A stretch of DNA of 64,000 nucleotides from Squalus acanthias (lineage: Eukaryota): contig CM059431.1 of the NCBI GenBank assembly GCA_030390025.1, positions 102,302,001 to 102,366,000 of the forward strand. Direction: 5' to 3'. The notes under the pieces are model-generated. The model saw only the letters and a program-made list of their open reading frames with translations. It made no database searches and was not told the DNA's origin. Positions 37,122 through 50,842 of this stretch are shown in pieces (position 1 is the first letter of the stretch; each line of letters begins with the position of its first letter). The translations under genes and the position numbers were made by a program.

Positions 37122-37567
37122 TAGAATCACAGAAATGGTTACAGCACGGAAGGAGGCCATTCGGCCCGTCGAGCCCGTGCCGGCTCTCTGCAAGAGCACT
37201 TCAGCTAGTCCCACTCCCCCCACCCGCCCTTTCCCCGTAGCCCTGTGAATTTTTTTCCTTCAGGTACTTATCCAATTCCCTTTTGAAAGCCACGATTGAG
37301 TCTGCCTCCACCACCCTCTCAGGCAGCGCATTCCAGATCCTAATCACTCGCTGCATAAAAATGTTTTTCCTCGTCGCCTTTGGTTCTTCTGCCAATTATT
37401 TTAAATCTGTGTCTCCTCTGGTTACCGACCCTCCTGCCAGTGGAAACAGTTTCTCCTTATTTACTCTATCAAAACTCCTCATGATTTTGAACACCGCTAT
37501 CAAATCTCCTCCCAACCTTCTCTGCTCTAAGGAGAACAACCCCAGCTTCTCCAGTCTATCCACGTAA
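37122..37567 (-). mobile_element. CR1 3' fragment
   Basis: QRVIRIWNALPE. Confidence 0.85.
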
Positions 37568-37734
37568 CTTTCTCTTATGACTCTTTTTGTTGGTCAGCAA
37601 CGTGAGGCATTTTAGTGCTGAAGAATGGCGTTTTTCCCATTTTGGGCAGCCACTTTCAGCACCGAGCACTCCCAGGTAAAGTATAGATGCGGAGAAGAGC
37701 AAATTTCCAGTAAGTTTGCCACTTCACTTGCATA

Positions 37735-38165
37735 AAACATAGGAACAGGAGGAGGCCATTCAGTCCCTCGAGCTTGTTCCCCCATTCAATGAGATCATGG
37801 CTGATCTGTACCGTAACTCCATCCACCCGCCTTGGTTCCCTAACCCTTATTTCCCTTGCCTAACAAAAATCCAGCGATCTTAATTTTGACATTTGCAATT
37901 GCCCCCCAGCCTCAACAGCTCTTTGGGGGGAGCGAGTTCCAGATTTCCACCACCCTTTGTGTGAAGAAGTGCTTCCTGACATCACCCCTGAACGGCCTGG
38001 CTCTAATTTTTAAGGTTCTGTCCCCTTGTCCTGGACTCCCCCCCACCAGAGGAAATAGTTTCTCTCTCTCTACCCCATCAAACCCTTAAACACCTCCATT
38101 AGATCCCCCTTTAATCTTCGATACTCAAGGAAACACAAAGCCTAGTATATGCAACTGTTTCTCAT
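37735..38165 (-). mobile_element. CR1 3' fragment, older
   Basis: Degenerate CR1 3' end. Confidence 0.7.
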
Positions 38166-38840
38166 TTGCACCCAAGGACATGAGCAGAATGATTTATCTA
38201 AAGGACGTATTTCTCATGTCAAAGACCCTGCAAATGCTCCCGGACTTTACGTACATACACGCACAGATACACATCTACCGCAGCCAACTTCAGATCTAAC
38301 TCCTCCTGCTCTCTGCCTCTGATTATATACATGGCTTGTAGCACCCTGATGATTAGTGGGTTACAAAATGACCTGCTGACATACTAATGCTAGAATGCAT
38401 TCGTAAAAGTGCCTCCACCCCCCTCTTCCAACTCGTTGCTTAGCTCTCAATTAAGCCGACTTTCCCCACCAATTTTCTCCCTTCACATCCTGAAGGCATT
38501 AATGTTTGTGCTGGTAGCAGCCCTCTGATAACTCACCAAGGCGCTCAATCTTTAGTGCCAGCCTTGACTTCAAGAGTTGTCAGATTCATTTACTGTTGTG
38601 GGCTCCCCACTCAAGCCTAATCCTAACCCATTGTCCGCGTGCACACACTTTGTAGCAAGGGTAGCGATCAAGAGCGTGTGCCCTGGGCACATTTTCTCCC
38701 CTATAGCCCAAGGTCAGGGGTAGCAGCTCTATTTCTTTCCCTGCTGAAATTAGCTAACTCAACACAGACAACAAAGACCTTCTACTCTGCAGTGTTTGAT
38801 GCTACATTGGGCAAGACCTCTACCCATTAAGGCCTCAATT

Positions 38841-39311
38841 AAAAGAAAGACTTGCATTTCTACAGCACCTTTCATGATCACAGGGCGTCCAAAGCGCTTT
38901 ACAGCCAATGAAGTACATTTTTGAAGTGTAGTCACTGTTGTAATGTGTGAAATGCGGCAACCAATTTGTACACAGCAAGCTCCCACAAACAGCAATGTGA
39001 TAATGACCAGATAATCTGTTTTTAGTGATGCTGGTTGAGGGATGAATATTGACCCCAGGACACCGGGGAAAACTCCCCTGCTCTTCTTCCAATAGTGCCA
39101 TGGGATCTTTTACGTCCACCTGAGGGGGCAGAAGGAACCTCGGTTTAATGTCTCATCCGAAAGACGGCACCTCCGACAGTGCTGCACTCCCTCAGTACTG
39201 GCACTGGGAGTGTCAGCCTAGATTTTGTGCTCGAGTCTCTGGAGTGGGACTTGAACCCACGACCATCTGAGTCAGAGACAAGAGTGCTGCCCACTGAGCC
39301 ACTGGCTGACA
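38841..39311 (-). mobile_element. SacSINE1-like SINE, full length
   Basis: Head, body and tail. Confidence 0.85.
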
Positions 39312-39319
39312 TCATCTAC

Positions 39320-39482
39320 AGACGCTCCTTAAAACCTATCTCTTTGACCAAGCTTTTGGTCACCAGTTCTGACATCTCCTTGTGGGGCTTGGCAATAAAT
39401 TCTGTCTGATAACGCTCCTGTGAAGTGCCTTGGGACGTTGTACTACGTTAAAAGGTGCTATATAAATGCAAGGCGTTGTTGC
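39320..39482 (+). mobile_element. L2 3' end
   Basis: L2 3' UTR match. Confidence 0.7.
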
Positions 39483-39829
39483 TGATTCTGCAATACACGC
39501 CCTCTATCCTATTTCCTTCTGTGGTCAGGTCAACCAGCAAGGTGCCCGACTCATGTTCTTTCGTGGTTGGTTAGTGATTGGAAGAAAAGAGATGCGTGAA
39601 AAAATCAGTTTTTGCTTTGACAACCAACCCTTTTTGTCCCATGCATGAAACAAAATTTCGGGATCTAGATCTAAATCCAAATCAACTGAAAACTGATGTG
39701 TCCAGGGAGTTCAATCCCATTGGCTTCTGTCAGCATGACTCCAAACTGGTGGAAGGGGAGAACTGCATTTCACCGTGGGTTGAATTGTATCTTGGAAATG
39801 GGGCTAAACCTTTGAGACTGAAGACTTTT

Positions 39830-40040
39830 TAACCACAGAAGGTAGTTGAGGCCAAGTCATTAAATATATTCAAGAATGAGTTAGATATATTTCTTAAAGC
39901 TAAAGGTATCAAGGGATATGGGGAGAAGGCAGGTACAGGGTACTGAGTTTGGATGATCAGCCATGATCTCATCGAATGGCGGAGCAGGCTCGAGGGGCCG
40001 AATGGCCTACTCCTGCTCCTATCTTCTATGTTTATGTTTC
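39830..40040 (+). mobile_element. CR1 3' end
   Basis: Tail-to-tail with next CR1. Confidence 0.85.
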
Positions 40041-40065
40041 TAACCCTATCAGTAACTCGCATTAT

Positions 40066-40972
40066 GCATAAGAACAGAAGAAATAGGAGCAGCAGTAGGC
40101 CATACGGCCCCTCGAGCCTGCTCCACCATTCAATAAGATCATGGCTGATCTTCAACCTCAATTCCACTTTCCCGCCCAATCCCCATATCCCTCGATTCCC
40201 TTAGTATCCAAAAATCTAGCGATCTCTGTCTTGAATATACTCAACGACTCAGCATCCATAGCCCTCTAGGGTAGAGAATTCCAAAGATTCACAACCCTCT
40301 GAGTGAAGAAATTTCTCCTCATCTCAGTCCTAAATGGCCGACCCCTTATTCTGAGACTATGACCCCTACTTCTAGACTCTCCAGCCAGGGGAAACAATCT
40401 CTCAGCATCTACCCTGTCAAGACCGCTAGGAATTTTACATGTTTCAATGCGATCACCTCTCATTTTTCTAAACTCCAGAGAATATAGGCCCATTCTACTC
40501 ACTCTCTCCTTGTAGGACAGCCCTCTCATACCAGGAATCAGTCTGGTGAACCTTCGTTGCACCGCCTCCAAGGCAAGTATATTCTTCCTTAGATAAGGAG
40601 ACCAAAATTGTACACTGTTCTCCAGGTGTGGTCTCACCAAGGCCCTGTACAATAGCAGCAAGACTTCCTTACTTTATACTCCAACCTCCTTGCAATAAAG
40701 GCTAACATACCATTTGCCTTCCTAATTGCTTGCTGTACCTGCATGTTAACTTTGCGATTCATGTACAAGAACACCCAAATCTCTCTGAATCCCAGCATTT
40801 ACTGGTCTCTCACCTTTTAAAAAGTATTCTGCTTTTCCAATTCTTCCTGCCAAAGTGGATAATTTCACACTTCCCCATATTATACTCCATCTGCCACCTT
40901 CTTGCCCAGTCACTTAACTGGTCTATATCCCTTTGCAGCCTCTTTACATCCTCCTCACAGCTTACTTTCCCA
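40066..40972 (-). mobile_element. CR1 3' fragment
   Basis: LYRALVRPHLENSVQFWSP. Confidence 0.9.
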
Positions 40973-41057
40973 CATATATTGCATGGCAAACATACATTGC
41001 AATAAAAACATATTCTTCAGGGACACGAATACAATTATCTGTGGGGTCTCTGTCCCT

Positions 41058-41695
41058 CTATAAGATATAAGACGTAGGAGCAGGAGTCGGTCATTTGCCT
41101 CTCGAGCCTGCTCTCGAGCCTGCTCCGCCATTCAATAAGATCATGGCTGATCTGATCTTGGCCTCAACTCCACTTCCCTGCCTGCTCCCCATAACCCTTC
41201 ACTCCCTTATCGTTCAAAAATCCGTCTATCTCCACCTTAAATATATTCAATGACCCAGCCTCCACAGCTCTCTGGGGAAGAGAATTCCAAAGATTCACGA
41301 CCCTCTGAGAGAAGAAATTCCTCCTCATTTCCAATTTAAAAGGGTGCCCCATTATCCTGAAACTATGCCCCCTAGTTCTAGATTCCCCCACGAGGGGAAA
41401 CATCCTCTCTGCAACTATCCTGTCGAGCCCCTTCAGAATCTTATATGTTTCAATAAGATCACCTCTCATTCTTCTAAACTCCAATGAGTATAGGCCCAAC
41501 CTGCTCAACCTTTCTTCATAAGATAACCCTTTCATCTCCGGAATCAACCTCGTGAACCTTCTCTGAACTGCCTCCAATGCAAGTATATCCTTCCTTAAAT
41601 AAGGAGACCAAAACTGTACGCAGTACTCCAGGTGTGGTCTCACCAATGCCCTGTACAGTTGTAATAGGACTTCCCTGCTTTTATACTCCATTCCC
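41058..41695 (-). mobile_element. CR1 3' fragment
   Basis: 175-aa open ORF2 C-terminus. Confidence 0.9.
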
Positions 41696-42077
41696 TACTT
41701 TTATACTTTCTTGCGTTACACTGTTATCTGACTCCATCATTCTCTACTGACTAAACAGGGAAACATGCGTGAAACAAATACACCAGACTAAATTAACCAC
41801 AGAAAACTGTGCTCAACTCTTGTCTCATTACATCAATCCCACATTTTGCGTTTATATGTTAACACTGAAGAAGCAAGCATGCCCTTAGGAAATGAAAAGC
41901 CTCATTTCCCGGCATAGCTCTGTGGTAATAAACGTCTAAATGACTGATCAGGAATGCATTAACTGAATTCTGCAGAACCAGCTGCATGTATTATAAACAC
42001 ATGTCTAACCTTTTCTCTGACTGCAACAACAGATACTTTTGTCATTTGCCAGTAGTCAGACTAGTAAGGATGCACAG

Positions 42078-42535
42078 TGACCTACATTGGCTCCCGGTCC
42101 AGAAACGCCTCGCTTATAAAATTCTCATCCGTGTGTTCAAATCCCTCCATGGCCTCGTCCCCTGCCCCCCCCCCCCCCCCCCTCCATCTCTGTAACCTCC
42201 TCCAGCCCTACAACCCTCCGAGATCTCTGCGCTCCTCCAATTCTGGCCTCTTGCGCATCCCCCGATTTCCATCGCTCAACCATTGGCGGCCTTGCCTTCA
42301 GCTGCCTGGGTCCTAAGCTCTGGAATTCCTTTCCTAAACCTCTCCATCTCTCTACCTCTCTCTCCTCCTTTAAGACGCTCCTTAAAATCCACCTCTTTGA
42401 CCAAGCTTTTGGTCACCTGCCCTAATATCTCCTTATGTGGCTCAGTGTCAAATTTTGTCTGAGAATCGCTCTTGTGAAGCACCTTGGGAATGTTTTACTA
42501 CGTTAAAGGCGCTGTATAAATGCAAGTTGTTGTTG
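42078..42535 (+). mobile_element. L2 3' fragment
   Basis: DLHWLPV...KILI..FKSLHGL; (ttg)n tail. Confidence 0.85.
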
Positions 42536-42942
42536 TAGTGAATGAGGATTGTTTCTTCAAGCCTTAGTTAATCTGTCTTTACAAAGAGAAATGATAAAAG
42601 AAACAATGACACCTTTCTTCAATAAAATATTTCTTCTGCCTCACACCTTACATTTCTTTTACTGCCATCTTCCTCCCTTATCGACAAACCAACACTTCCA
42701 GATTTTTCTTTCCCCTTCTCAGTTTTCTTTATTTAACAATGTCAATTTTTTTTTTTACTTAATCCACTTACATTTTCTCACGAAATCTCCACCTTCTGTT
42801 GGTCCACCATCTCTTGAAGTCCTCCAAGTCTTGAAACCTTATGCATTAATTTAACTTAGCTAGGCTTCACACAAAGCCAACACTGGGGAATACACTCCTG
42901 GCTCGGAGAACCGGGCACAAAGTTCAGCAGACCCAATTCACG

Positions 42943-43322
42943 TAGGGTTGCTAACCCTCCCAAGATTGCCCTGGAGTCTCCAGGAATGAAAGACTAATCT
43001 CCCAGACGCTGCCGAGAGCAAAATCAGGAGAAAAGTCATAAACAGGGCTGTTAAAAAAAAAAAAAAATTTGTGTTTTTAAAAAGTATTCTTTGAACACTT
43101 TTGTTTGCTAGTTATAAAAACACTGGACATGAGGAAAGAAGTTCTCATCCAATCGGGTAATGAAGAATCTGTGCGCGTTCCGATTGGCCGTGGGAAGGTG
43201 TTGCCCAGCGAGGATGGACGTGTCGGGCGACCAATGGCGACAGTTGTGGGGGTGGGGCGGGTGGAGGCAGGAGGTCATGTGATGAAACCTCCAGGAGATC
43301 GCCCAACCAGCTGGCCACTCTA
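42943..43322 (+). mobile_element. hAT-like MITE
   Basis: tagggttgctaaccc...ctggccactcta; flanks aattcacg/aagtcaca (6/8). Confidence 0.7.
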
Positions 43323-43949
43323 AAGTCACAGCATTCCCAAGTTTCCCGTTCGAAACAGGACGATCAAGAAAATCTTTAGCCTGCGGCTAATTCTCCGAGC
43401 GAGCCTCGCCTGCGCTCCCAATCGAGAAAGGCTCCATCTGCCAGGAGCACAACCTCCAAAAGGTTCACCCGACCAACTCTCGGGCCGTCTCCGAAATATC
43501 TAACCTAAGATTTAACAGGAGCAAAAGTAACCTCACAGTTAACTCCCACAAACTCGGGTTTGGAATTAATGCCGCAAACATCAATAAAACCACGCAGTGT
43601 TCAACTTGCAACGCCAAGGAAAAAATAAACTCCAACTCAGACCAAGTGTTTATTTTGGTCTGGTGTGACCTCAGGCCAGGCACTGGGTGCAGGCAGCACG
43701 CTTACAATTATATACACTCCTTTCAAATGGCACCTCTCCCCCCACCACCCTCCGCATATGGTAGAAAATGTATCCCCATGGAGTTCGGGGAGGGGGGGAG
43801 TAGTTTTGAATTCTTTATTAAAAAAAAAAGGATGTGATCTGTGGTTTGGAACACTGCTTTACTTCATTAGCTGATAGATATTTGACATGGGGTAAAAAAC
43901 ATTTGTTAATTTATATGAGGTTCCTCACTTAAATTCAACCTTCAAGAAG

Positions 43950-44270
43950 AACAAACTTGCATTTCTATAGCTCCTTTCACGACCTCAGGACGTCCCAAAG
44001 CGCTTTACAGCCGCTGAAGTACTTCTTGAAGTGTAGTCACTGTTGTAATGTAGGAAACGCGGCAGCCGATTTGCGCACAGCAAGCTCCCACGAACAGCAA
44101 TGAGATAAATGGCCAGATAATCTGCTTTTACTGATAAGGGGAGAACTCCCCATCTCCTCTGTGAAATAGTGGCCGTGGGATCACACACGTCCACCCGAGA
44201 GGGCAGACGGGGACTCGGTTTAACGTCTCATCCGAAAGATGGCCCCCTCCGACAGTGCAGCACTCCTTCA
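43950..44270 (-). mobile_element. SacSINE1-like SINE fragment
   Basis: Body and tail match. Confidence 0.8.
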
Positions 44271-44329
44271 CGTCTTCATCCTTGAAAACAAGATGCAACA
44301 AAGCTTGGAAGAAAGGTGTCTGGATCTTA

Positions 44330-44625
44330 CAGATGAGACGTTAAACCGAGGCCACGTCTGCCCTCTCAGGTGGATGTAAAAGATCCCACGGCATTACTGG
44401 AAGAGGAGCAGGGGCGTTCTCCCTGGTATCCTGGCCAATATTTATCCCTCAGCTGACATCAGTAAAAAAAAATTATCTGGCCATGTATCTGATTGCTGTT
44501 TGTGGGAGCTTGCTGTGTGCAAATTGGCAACTACGTTTCCTACATTACAAGTGACTACATTTCATTGGTTGTAAAACACTTTGGGATGTCCCAAGGTCGT
44601 GAAAGGTGCAATATAAACAGAAGTT
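44330..44625 (+). mobile_element. SacSINE1-like SINE fragment
   Basis: Body and tail match; inverted relative to previous copy. Confidence 0.8.
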
Positions 44626-44627
44626 TT

Positions 44628-47600
44628 CATAGAATCATAGAAATTTACGGCACAGAAGGAGGCCATTCGGCCCATCATGTCTGTGCCGGCCGAGAAAGAG
44701 CTATCCCAGCCTAATCCCACTTTCCAGCTCTTGGTCCGTAGCCCTGTAGGTTACAGGCACTTCAAGTGCATATCCAAGTACTTTTTAAATGCGATGAGGG
44801 TTTCTGCCTCTACCACCCTTTCAGGCAGTGAGTTCCAGACCCCCACCACCCTCTGGGTGAAAGAAATTCTCCTCAACTCCCCTCTAATCCTTCTACCAAT
44901 TACTTTAAATCTATGCCCCCCTGGTTATTGACCTCTCTGCTAGGGGAAATAGGTCCTTCCTATCCACTCTATCTAGGTCCCTCATAATTTTATACACCTC
45001 AATCAAGTCTCTCCTCAGCCTCCTCTGTTCCAAAGAAAACAACCCCAGCCTATCCAATCTTTCCTCATAGCTAAAATTCTCCAGTCCTGGCAACATCCTC
45101 GTAAATCTCCACTGGACCCTCTCTAGTGCAATCACATCTTTCCTGTAATGTGGTGACCAGAACTGCACGCAGTATTCTAGCTGTGGCCTAACTAGTGTTT
45201 TATACGGTTCAAGCAAAACCTCACTACTCTTATATTCTATGCCCTGGCTAATAGGAAAGTATCCCGTATGCCTTCTTAACCACCTTATCTACCTGTCCTG
45301 CTACCTTCAGGGATCTGTGGACATGCAACAACAACAACAACTTGTATTTATATAGCACCTTTAACGTAGTAAAACGTCCCAAGGCTCTTCACAGGAGTAT
45401 TACCAAACAAAATGTGACACCGAGCCACATATGAATTTAGGGCAGATGACTTGGTCAAAGAGGTAGGTCTTAAGGAGCGTCTTATAGGAGGAAAGAGAGG
45501 TAGAGAGGCGGAGAGGTTTAGGCAGGGAATTCCAGAGCTTAGGGCCCAGGCAACAGAAGGCACGGCCGCCAATGGTGGAGCGATTATAATCAGGGATGCT
45601 CAAGAGGGCAGAATTAGAGGAGTGCAGATATCTCGGGGGGATTGTGGGGCTGAAGGAGATTACAGAGATAGGGAGGGGCGAGGCCATGGAGGGATTTGAA
45701 AACAAGGATGAGAATTTGGAAATCAAGGTGTTGCTTAATCAGGAGCCAATGTATGTCAGCGAGCACAGGGGTGATGGGCGAACGGGACTTGGTGCGAGTT
45801 AGGACACGGGCAGCCAAGTTTTGGATAATCACAAGTTTACGTAGGGTAGAACGTGGGAGGCCAGTCCGGAGTGCATTGGAATAGTCAAGTCTAGAGGTAA
45901 CAAAGGCATGGATGAGGGTTTCAGCAGCGGATGAGCTGAGGCAAAGGCGGAGACGGGCGATGTTATGGAGGTGGAAATAGCCGGTCTTAGTGATGCGGTG
46001 GATATGTGGTCGGAAGCTCATTCCAGTGTCAAATATGACACCAAGGTTGCGAACAGTGTGGTTCAGACTCAGACAGATGTTAAGGAGAGGGATGGAGTCA
46101 ATGGCTAGGGAACGGAGTTTGTGACAGGGTGCGAAGACATGGCTTTGGTCTTCTCAATATTTAATTGGAGAAAATTTCTACTCATCCAGAACTGGCAAAG
46201 CAGATCAAGCAGTCTGACAATTTAGAGACCGTGGAGGGGTCGAGAGAGGCGGTGCAGAGGTAGAGCTGGGTGTCGTCAGCGTACATGTGGAAACTGACGC
46301 CGTATTTTCGGATGATGTCGCCAAGGGGCAGCATATAGATGAGAAATAGGAGGGGGCCAAGGATAGATCCTTGGGGGACACCAGAGGTAACAATGCGGGC
46401 GTGGGAACAGAAGCTGTTACAGGTGATTCTCTGGCTACGATTATAGATAAGAATGGAACCAGGGGAGTGCAGTCCCACCCAGCTGGACGACGGCGGAGAG
46501 GCATTGGAGAAGGATGGAGTGGTCAACCATGTCAAAGGCTGCAGACAGGTCGAGAAGGACGAGGAGGGATAGTTTACCTTTGTTACAGTCACAAAGGATG
46601 TCATTTTTGACTTTGATGAGAGCCGTTTCGGTACTGTGGCAAGGGCGGAAACCTGATTGGAGGGATTCAAACATGGAATTGCGGGAAAGATGGGCACGGA
46701 TTTGGGAGGTGTAAACACGTTCACGTTCAAGGACTTGAGAGGAAAGGGAGGTTGGAGATGGGGCAGTAGTTTGCAATGACGGAGGGGGTAAAGGTTTGTT
46801 TTTTTGAGGAGAGGGGTGATGACGGCAGATTTGAAGGAGAGGGGGACAGTACCTGAGGAGAGAGAACCGTTAACAATGGCAGCTAACATGGGAGCCAGAA
46901 AAGGAAGTTGGGTGGTCAGCAGTTTAGTGGGAATAGGGTCGAGGGAGCAGGAAGTGGGTCTCATGGACAAGATGAACGTGGAGAGGTCAAGAGGGGAGAT
47001 CGGAGAGAAACTGGAGAAAGATGTGAGTTCAGGGCTAGGGCAGGGGGGAACCTCAGAGGAAGTTTGGCCCGGTGGGCTAGGGGAAGGAAGGGAAGTGGCA
47101 GAGACAGCTGAACGGATAGTCTCAATCTTAGAGACAAAGAAGTCCATGAGCTCCTCACACTTGTTGTCAGAGGTGAGGGTGGAGGAGACAGGGGAGAGTG
47201 GTTTAAGAAGATGGTTAGCAGTAGAGAATAGGAGCCAGGGTTTACCTTTTGTATTCCAGAATGATTCTGGAATAGTGAGCAATTTTGGCAGACGAGAGCA
47301 GGACCTGGTAATGCTTTATGTGGTCCAGCCAGATCTGGCGGTGAATGGCTAAACCAGTTGTCTGCCATATCCGTTCAAGTCTGCGTCCCTTGGACTTAAG
47401 GGAGTGAAGATGAGGGCCATACCAGGGAGAATGGCCAGGGTGAGAGAGAGTAATTGTTTTAATAGGGACTAGGGCATCAAAGGTGGTGGTGAGGGTGTGG
47501 TTGAGCAGATCGGTAGCTGCAGAAATGTCATGGTGAATGGAGGGCCAAAGGCTGGACAGTTGGGATTTCGTAAGTGCAGTTGTAAGAGAGTTGGGAGAGA

Positions 47601-47840
47601 GTTTTTTCCAGGGCCGGACAGTGAAGTAGGGTTGGGTGGGGGAAGGGGGATGTGGGGGGAAAGCGATACGAGGAAGTGGTCAGAGATGGCCTTACCTGCG
47701 ACTGACATGGTGGGAGTAGCGAGGCCACAAGAGATGGCAAGATCGAGGTTCCTCTGCTCCGCTACACTTCTCAGTGTCCTACCATTTATTGTGTATTCCC
47801 TTGCCTTGTTAGCCCTTCCCAAATGCATTACCTCACACTT
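44628..47840 (-). mobile_element. CR1 fragment split by L2 (44628-45326 and ~47743-47840)
   Basis: [18 protein letters not shown] and MHLGRANKAREYTING on either side. Confidence 0.85.
45327..47742 (-). mobile_element. L2 LINE, 2.4-kb 5'-truncated, frameshifted RT
   Basis: [34 protein letters not shown] motifs; (ttg)n tail. Confidence 0.92.
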
Positions 47841-48185
47841 CCATCGTTCTTGAATAAAAAGAAAGATACAAACTGTAGTGGAGAACTACAGGGGCCACAT
47901 TTAATTAAGAGCTTCTTGGCTCTCCCCACTTCCCAGCACCATAGGATAACCTCCGTCAAATACTCTTTTCAAGACTTAAAAATGTAGCATCAGACTGGTG
48001 GGTTAAATGCAATGAGCCTTTCATTCTCACACTGCCTCCAATTTCATTGTGGGTTTTTTTTCCTTTAAAAACCTTGTCGGAAGAAAATCTTGATGGGAGA
48101 GGACTGGTTAATTCAAAAGAATCATACTGGTCAGACTAGATCCTTGTGGACCCAGTCAGTCAGGATACATCCAGTCTTCAACTGA

Positions 48186-48538
48186 GCTGCGTACAGTGAC
48201 ACCACGAGTCCCGACCAGAAAGGAGATGATTGGGTAATTCCCCCGTCAATCGCGCCTGGAGACTGCACTGCTGTAAGTGACTGGGATCGATTTTACGCAC
48301 AAAATTTGTATTCTGTAACTATCCTCCACTCACTGCATTTTGCTGGAGAAATAATCCTGCTTTTATCGGGAGACATTGCTGTAGTTTCGGTCATGAGTTC
48401 TTCTGTTTGCTGTGGTTCTTAGAGACTCTTTTTAAATAGACTCTGCAGACTGTTTGCTGCGGTGCGCTGTTTAAATAGATTCTGTTTGCTGCGAGTCCTG
48501 CCGCAAGTCCCACCCCGCCTCCAACTCATCGGCTGACA
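48186..48538. repeat. Unclassified ~350-bp dispersed repeat, copy 1
   Basis: Collinear with 54396-54735. Confidence 0.8.
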
Positions 48539-48627
48539 CGGTGGTGTCAATAGACACTGTTTCTCAACTGTAGCTGGAGGCTCAGGGATCAGCGAGAGGG
48601 AAGAGGGAGGAGAGTTATCAAGGGGTC

Positions 48628-48820
48628 AACAGCAACTCACATTTAAATAGCGCCTTTAATTTAATAAAACGTCCCAAGGCGCTTCACAGGAGCGTTCTCA
48701 AACAAAAGTTGACACATAAGGAGATATTAGGACAGGTGACCAAAAGAGATAGGTTTTAAGGAGCGTCTTAAAGAAGGAGAGATGGTGAAAAGGTTTAGGG
48801 AGGGAATTCCAGAGCTGAGG
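48628..48820 (-). mobile_element. L2 3' end
   Basis: L2 3' UTR match. Confidence 0.7.
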
Positions 48821-49509
48821 GCGTGTGCCCTTTTCTTTGGCTCTGAAAAGCGTAGATTTATTTTAAAATGTAATTATTACAACACACGAACAAAGAAGGG
48901 AGACAGACAAGAGGTAAACGTGTCCGTTCTAGTTCAGGTCCCAATTCAAAAAGCAATCCCGAGAGGGGAAGGCAATTCCATTTAACTGTGCTGAAAGCAT
49001 TAAGTAAATAACATTAAACCCATAATTTTTTTTTAACGTCTTATTTCATGAGCACCCATAATAACTAGTTCTTTGCAGTAGTTCTCTAATCAGGGTGGTG
49101 GGGAGGGAGGTAATCTGTCATTATAATCGGACAAAAGGAAGATTTGATTGATGACAAACACAAAAGGCGTGAGGAATTTATTTCTACAATAATATGCTTT
49201 TGCAGCTATGTTTACACGGTAACAGTTGCTCAGATTTTAATGGTACAAGGCAGTCAGTGCCGCATTAAGCGCAGACAAGAGTGGACTTGATACTGTTTCC
49301 CAGTCAGTTAGCAGTTAAGCCCGTCTTACTCAACTAAGATTAGAAAGGTCAATTGCCTCAAACGACAACTGGCATCAAATATTAATGACGTCGTATGGGT
49401 ACAATTCCACATTTTAGCAATCTGTAATTTTTTCGCTTCCTTGCTGCCCCCTCTACATTTGCCCTTGCTCCTCCTCTGCTGAAGGAGAATAGAGTCACAC
49501 AGCACAGGA

Positions 49510-49925
49510 AAGTCGTGGGTTCAAGGCCCCACTCCAGAGACTTGAGCACAAAAATCTAGGCTGACACTCCCAGTGCAGTGCTGAGGGAGTGCTGCACTGT
49601 CGGAGGTGCCGTCTTTCGGATGAGACGTTAAACTGCTCTCTCGGGCAGACGTAAAAGATCCCACGGCACTATTTTGAAGAAGAGCAGGGTAGTTCTCCCC
49701 GCTGTCCTGGGGCCAATATTTATCCCTCACTCAACATCACTAAAAAGCAAATTATCTGGTCATTATCACAATGTTGTTTGTGGGAGCTTGCTGTGTGCAA
49801 ATTGGCTGCCGCGTTTCCTACATTACAACAGTGACTATACTCCAAAAAGTACTTCATTGGCTATAAAGTGCTTTGGGACGTCCGGAGGTCGTGAAAGGCG
49901 CTATATAAATGCAAGTCTCTTTTTT
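49510..49925 (+). mobile_element. SacSINE1-like SINE
   Basis: B box to tail. Confidence 0.85.
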
Positions 49926-49927
49926 TT

Positions 49928-50222
49928 AACAGAAGGAGGCCATTCGGCCCATCATGCCTGTGCCGGCTCTTTGAAAGAGCTCTCCAATTAGTCCCACTCC
50001 CCCTGCTCTTTCCCCATAGCCCTGCAAATCTCTCCTTTTCAAATATTTATCCAATTCCCCCTTTTGAAAGTAACTATTGAACCTGCTTCCACTGCCCTTT
50101 CAGGCAGTGCATTCCAGATCACAACAACTCACTGCGTAAAAAAAAAATCTCATCTCTCCCCTCTGGTTCTTTTGCCAATTATCTTAAATCTGTCCCCTCT
50201 GGTTACCGACCCTCCTGCCAGT
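49928..50222 (-). mobile_element. CR1 3' end
   Basis: Matches the 1220-1500 family. Confidence 0.8.
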
Positions 50223-50447
50223 AGAGTTGACTTGTGTTGAGTTACAAGTTCCAACGGTACTAACATCTCTTCAGCACCTCAGCCACCCACACGTCTGGAT
50301 AGCGAGCACTAGCTTGTTATTTAACTGGCAGCTATTATAGACCAGTCTCATTTTGCTCACATCCAAACCCACATGTACACACTTCTAGTAAAAGACAGTG
50401 ACCAGGAGTGGCTGATTCTACTCTTCTCCAGCCCAGGTTACTTGGGC

Positions 50448-50820
50448 TTTAACATTCGATTTTAAAATTCTCATCCTTGTTTTCAAATCGCTCCAGGGCC
50501 TCGTCCATCCCCCTCCCTATCTCTGTAACCTCCTCCAGCCCTAGAATCCTCCGAGATCTCTGCGCTCCTCCACTGGCGGCCGTGCCTTCAGCTGCCTGGG
50601 CCCTGAGCTCTGGAATTCCCTCCCTAAACCTCTCCACCTCTCTACCTCTCTTTCTTCCTTTAAGACACTCCTTAAAACCTACCTCTTTGACCAAGCTTTT
50701 GGTCACCTGTCCTAATATCTCCTTATGTGGATCGGTGTCAAATTTTGTTTGATAATCGCTCCTGTGAAGCACCTTTTTACTATATTAAAGGCGCTATATA
50801 AATTCAAGTTGATGTCGTTG
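50448..50820 (+). mobile_element. L2 3' fragment
   Basis: L2 3' match. Confidence 0.8.
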
Positions 50821-50842
50821 GGTGCAAGAGATCAGAGATTGG

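Noticed and set aside
46182..47282. 366-aa ORF as a host gene or active RT
   Set aside because: Frameshifted, truncated L2 ORF2
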